Source: Thraustochytrium aureum (lineage: Eukaryota). From it: a stretch of 52,479 nucleotides of DNA. Location: contig BLSG01000321.1 of the NCBI GenBank assembly GCA_012862495.1, positions 1 through 52,479 on the forward strand, written 5' to 3'. Below are positions 51,844-52,479 of this stretch, in pieces (the stretch's first letter is position 1; the number at the start of each line of letters is the position of its first letter). A program made the position numbers and the translations under genes. The notes under the pieces are model-generated. The model had not been told where the DNA came from. It searched no databases and saw nothing but the letters and a program-made list of their open reading frames with translations.

Positions 51844-52479
51844 TCAGCCGCGCAGCCTCACCGCGAAGCCCCCGTCGCTCGCAGCAGACCCCAAAATCGG
51901 CGACAGCTGCTCCACGACGCACCGGACGCGGGACTCGTCCACGACACGCGTGACATACTCGGTCTCGGGCGCGTTGCGCTTCTCACCGCCCATGAAGAGC
52001 GGCGTCTCCGGGCGGAAACGCATTGCGCCCTCTACGGCGCAGCGCAGCGACCCGTGGAGGTAGCCCGCGCCAGTAGCTTGAGCGATGCGCAAAGCGTTCG
52101 ACTCGTCGACGCCAGCGCCGGCCATGATCTCCAGGCTTGTCCCGGTCGCCGCGTGCACCATGCTACGAATCATCGCAGCGCCTTCCACGGCGCTCGCGCG
52201 TGCGCCAGAGGTAAGGATACAGCCGACACCGCAATCGCAGCAGGCGGCAACAGCAGCCACCGGGTCGGCCGAGAGGTCAACGGCTCGGTGGAAAGTAACT
52301 GGAAGCGGGTGGGCTGCAGCGACAAAGCGAGTGAGGAGCGCACGATCGACCAGGCCGTCGGCGGTCAGAGCGCCGACGACGATGCCGTCGGCGCCGGCGG
52401 ACTTGGCCGCCTCAATGTCGAGCTCCATCACCTCCACCTCGTCCTTGCTGTACAAAAAGTCGCCCCCACGCGGCCGGAT
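51844..52479 (-). CDS. CUTC: Copper homeostasis protein CutC, 3' part
   Basis: IRPRGGDFLYS.DEVEVM..DI..AK..GADGIVVGALT.DG.VD, PVTFHRAVD, ILTSG, IMAGAGV. The gene starts right of the window. Confidence 0.95.
   Translation of the reverse strand: MRPRGGDFLYSKDEVEVMELDIEAAKSAGADGIVVGALTADGLVDRALLTRFVAAAHPLPVTFHRAVDLSADPVAAVAACCDCGVGCILTSGARASAVEGAAMIRSMVHAATGTSLEIMAGAGVDESNALRIAQATGAGYLHGSLRCAVEGAMRFRPETPLFMGGEKRNAPETEYVTRVVDESRVRCVVEQLSPILGSAASDGGFAVRLRG

Overview
This is GC-rich, intron-poor, gene-dense eukaryotic DNA with ten N-gaps. A flagellated protist is most likely, given DAW1 and a PGPG-repeat axonemal-type protein; a thraustochytrid-like stramenopile is my inference, not established. 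Recognisable host genes: AGC kinase (3' part), ESF1, TPR + 2OG-Fe(II) oxygenase, Ariadne-type RBR E3 ligase, Frizzled-like 7TM receptor, EED-like WD40 protein, mitochondrial carrier, DAW1/ODA16, ER-luminal G6PD/H6PD-like enzyme, PGPG-repeat protein, GPx-fold protein, SulP-STAS-cNMP(-EF-hand) transporter, ShK-prolyl 4-hydroxylase, two paralogous secreted Cys-rich proteins and CutC. Many host genes carry single-base indels that look like assembly errors. The standout is a ~7.5 kb island (~4330-11870) that reads as lower in GC by eye and has three parts, all on the minus strand. (1) An intact ~1200-aa piggyBac-type DDD transposase with a YqaJ/lambda-exonuclease-like domain inserted between its 2nd and 3rd catalytic aspartates. 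(2) A pogo/Fot1-type transposase whose third Asp is Val; it is separated from (1) by a perfect 26-bp palindrome plus an inverted repeat. (3) A decayed ParA-like ATPase disrupted by a 4-bp insertion at a CTAG site. I could not identify convincing TIRs or TSDs.
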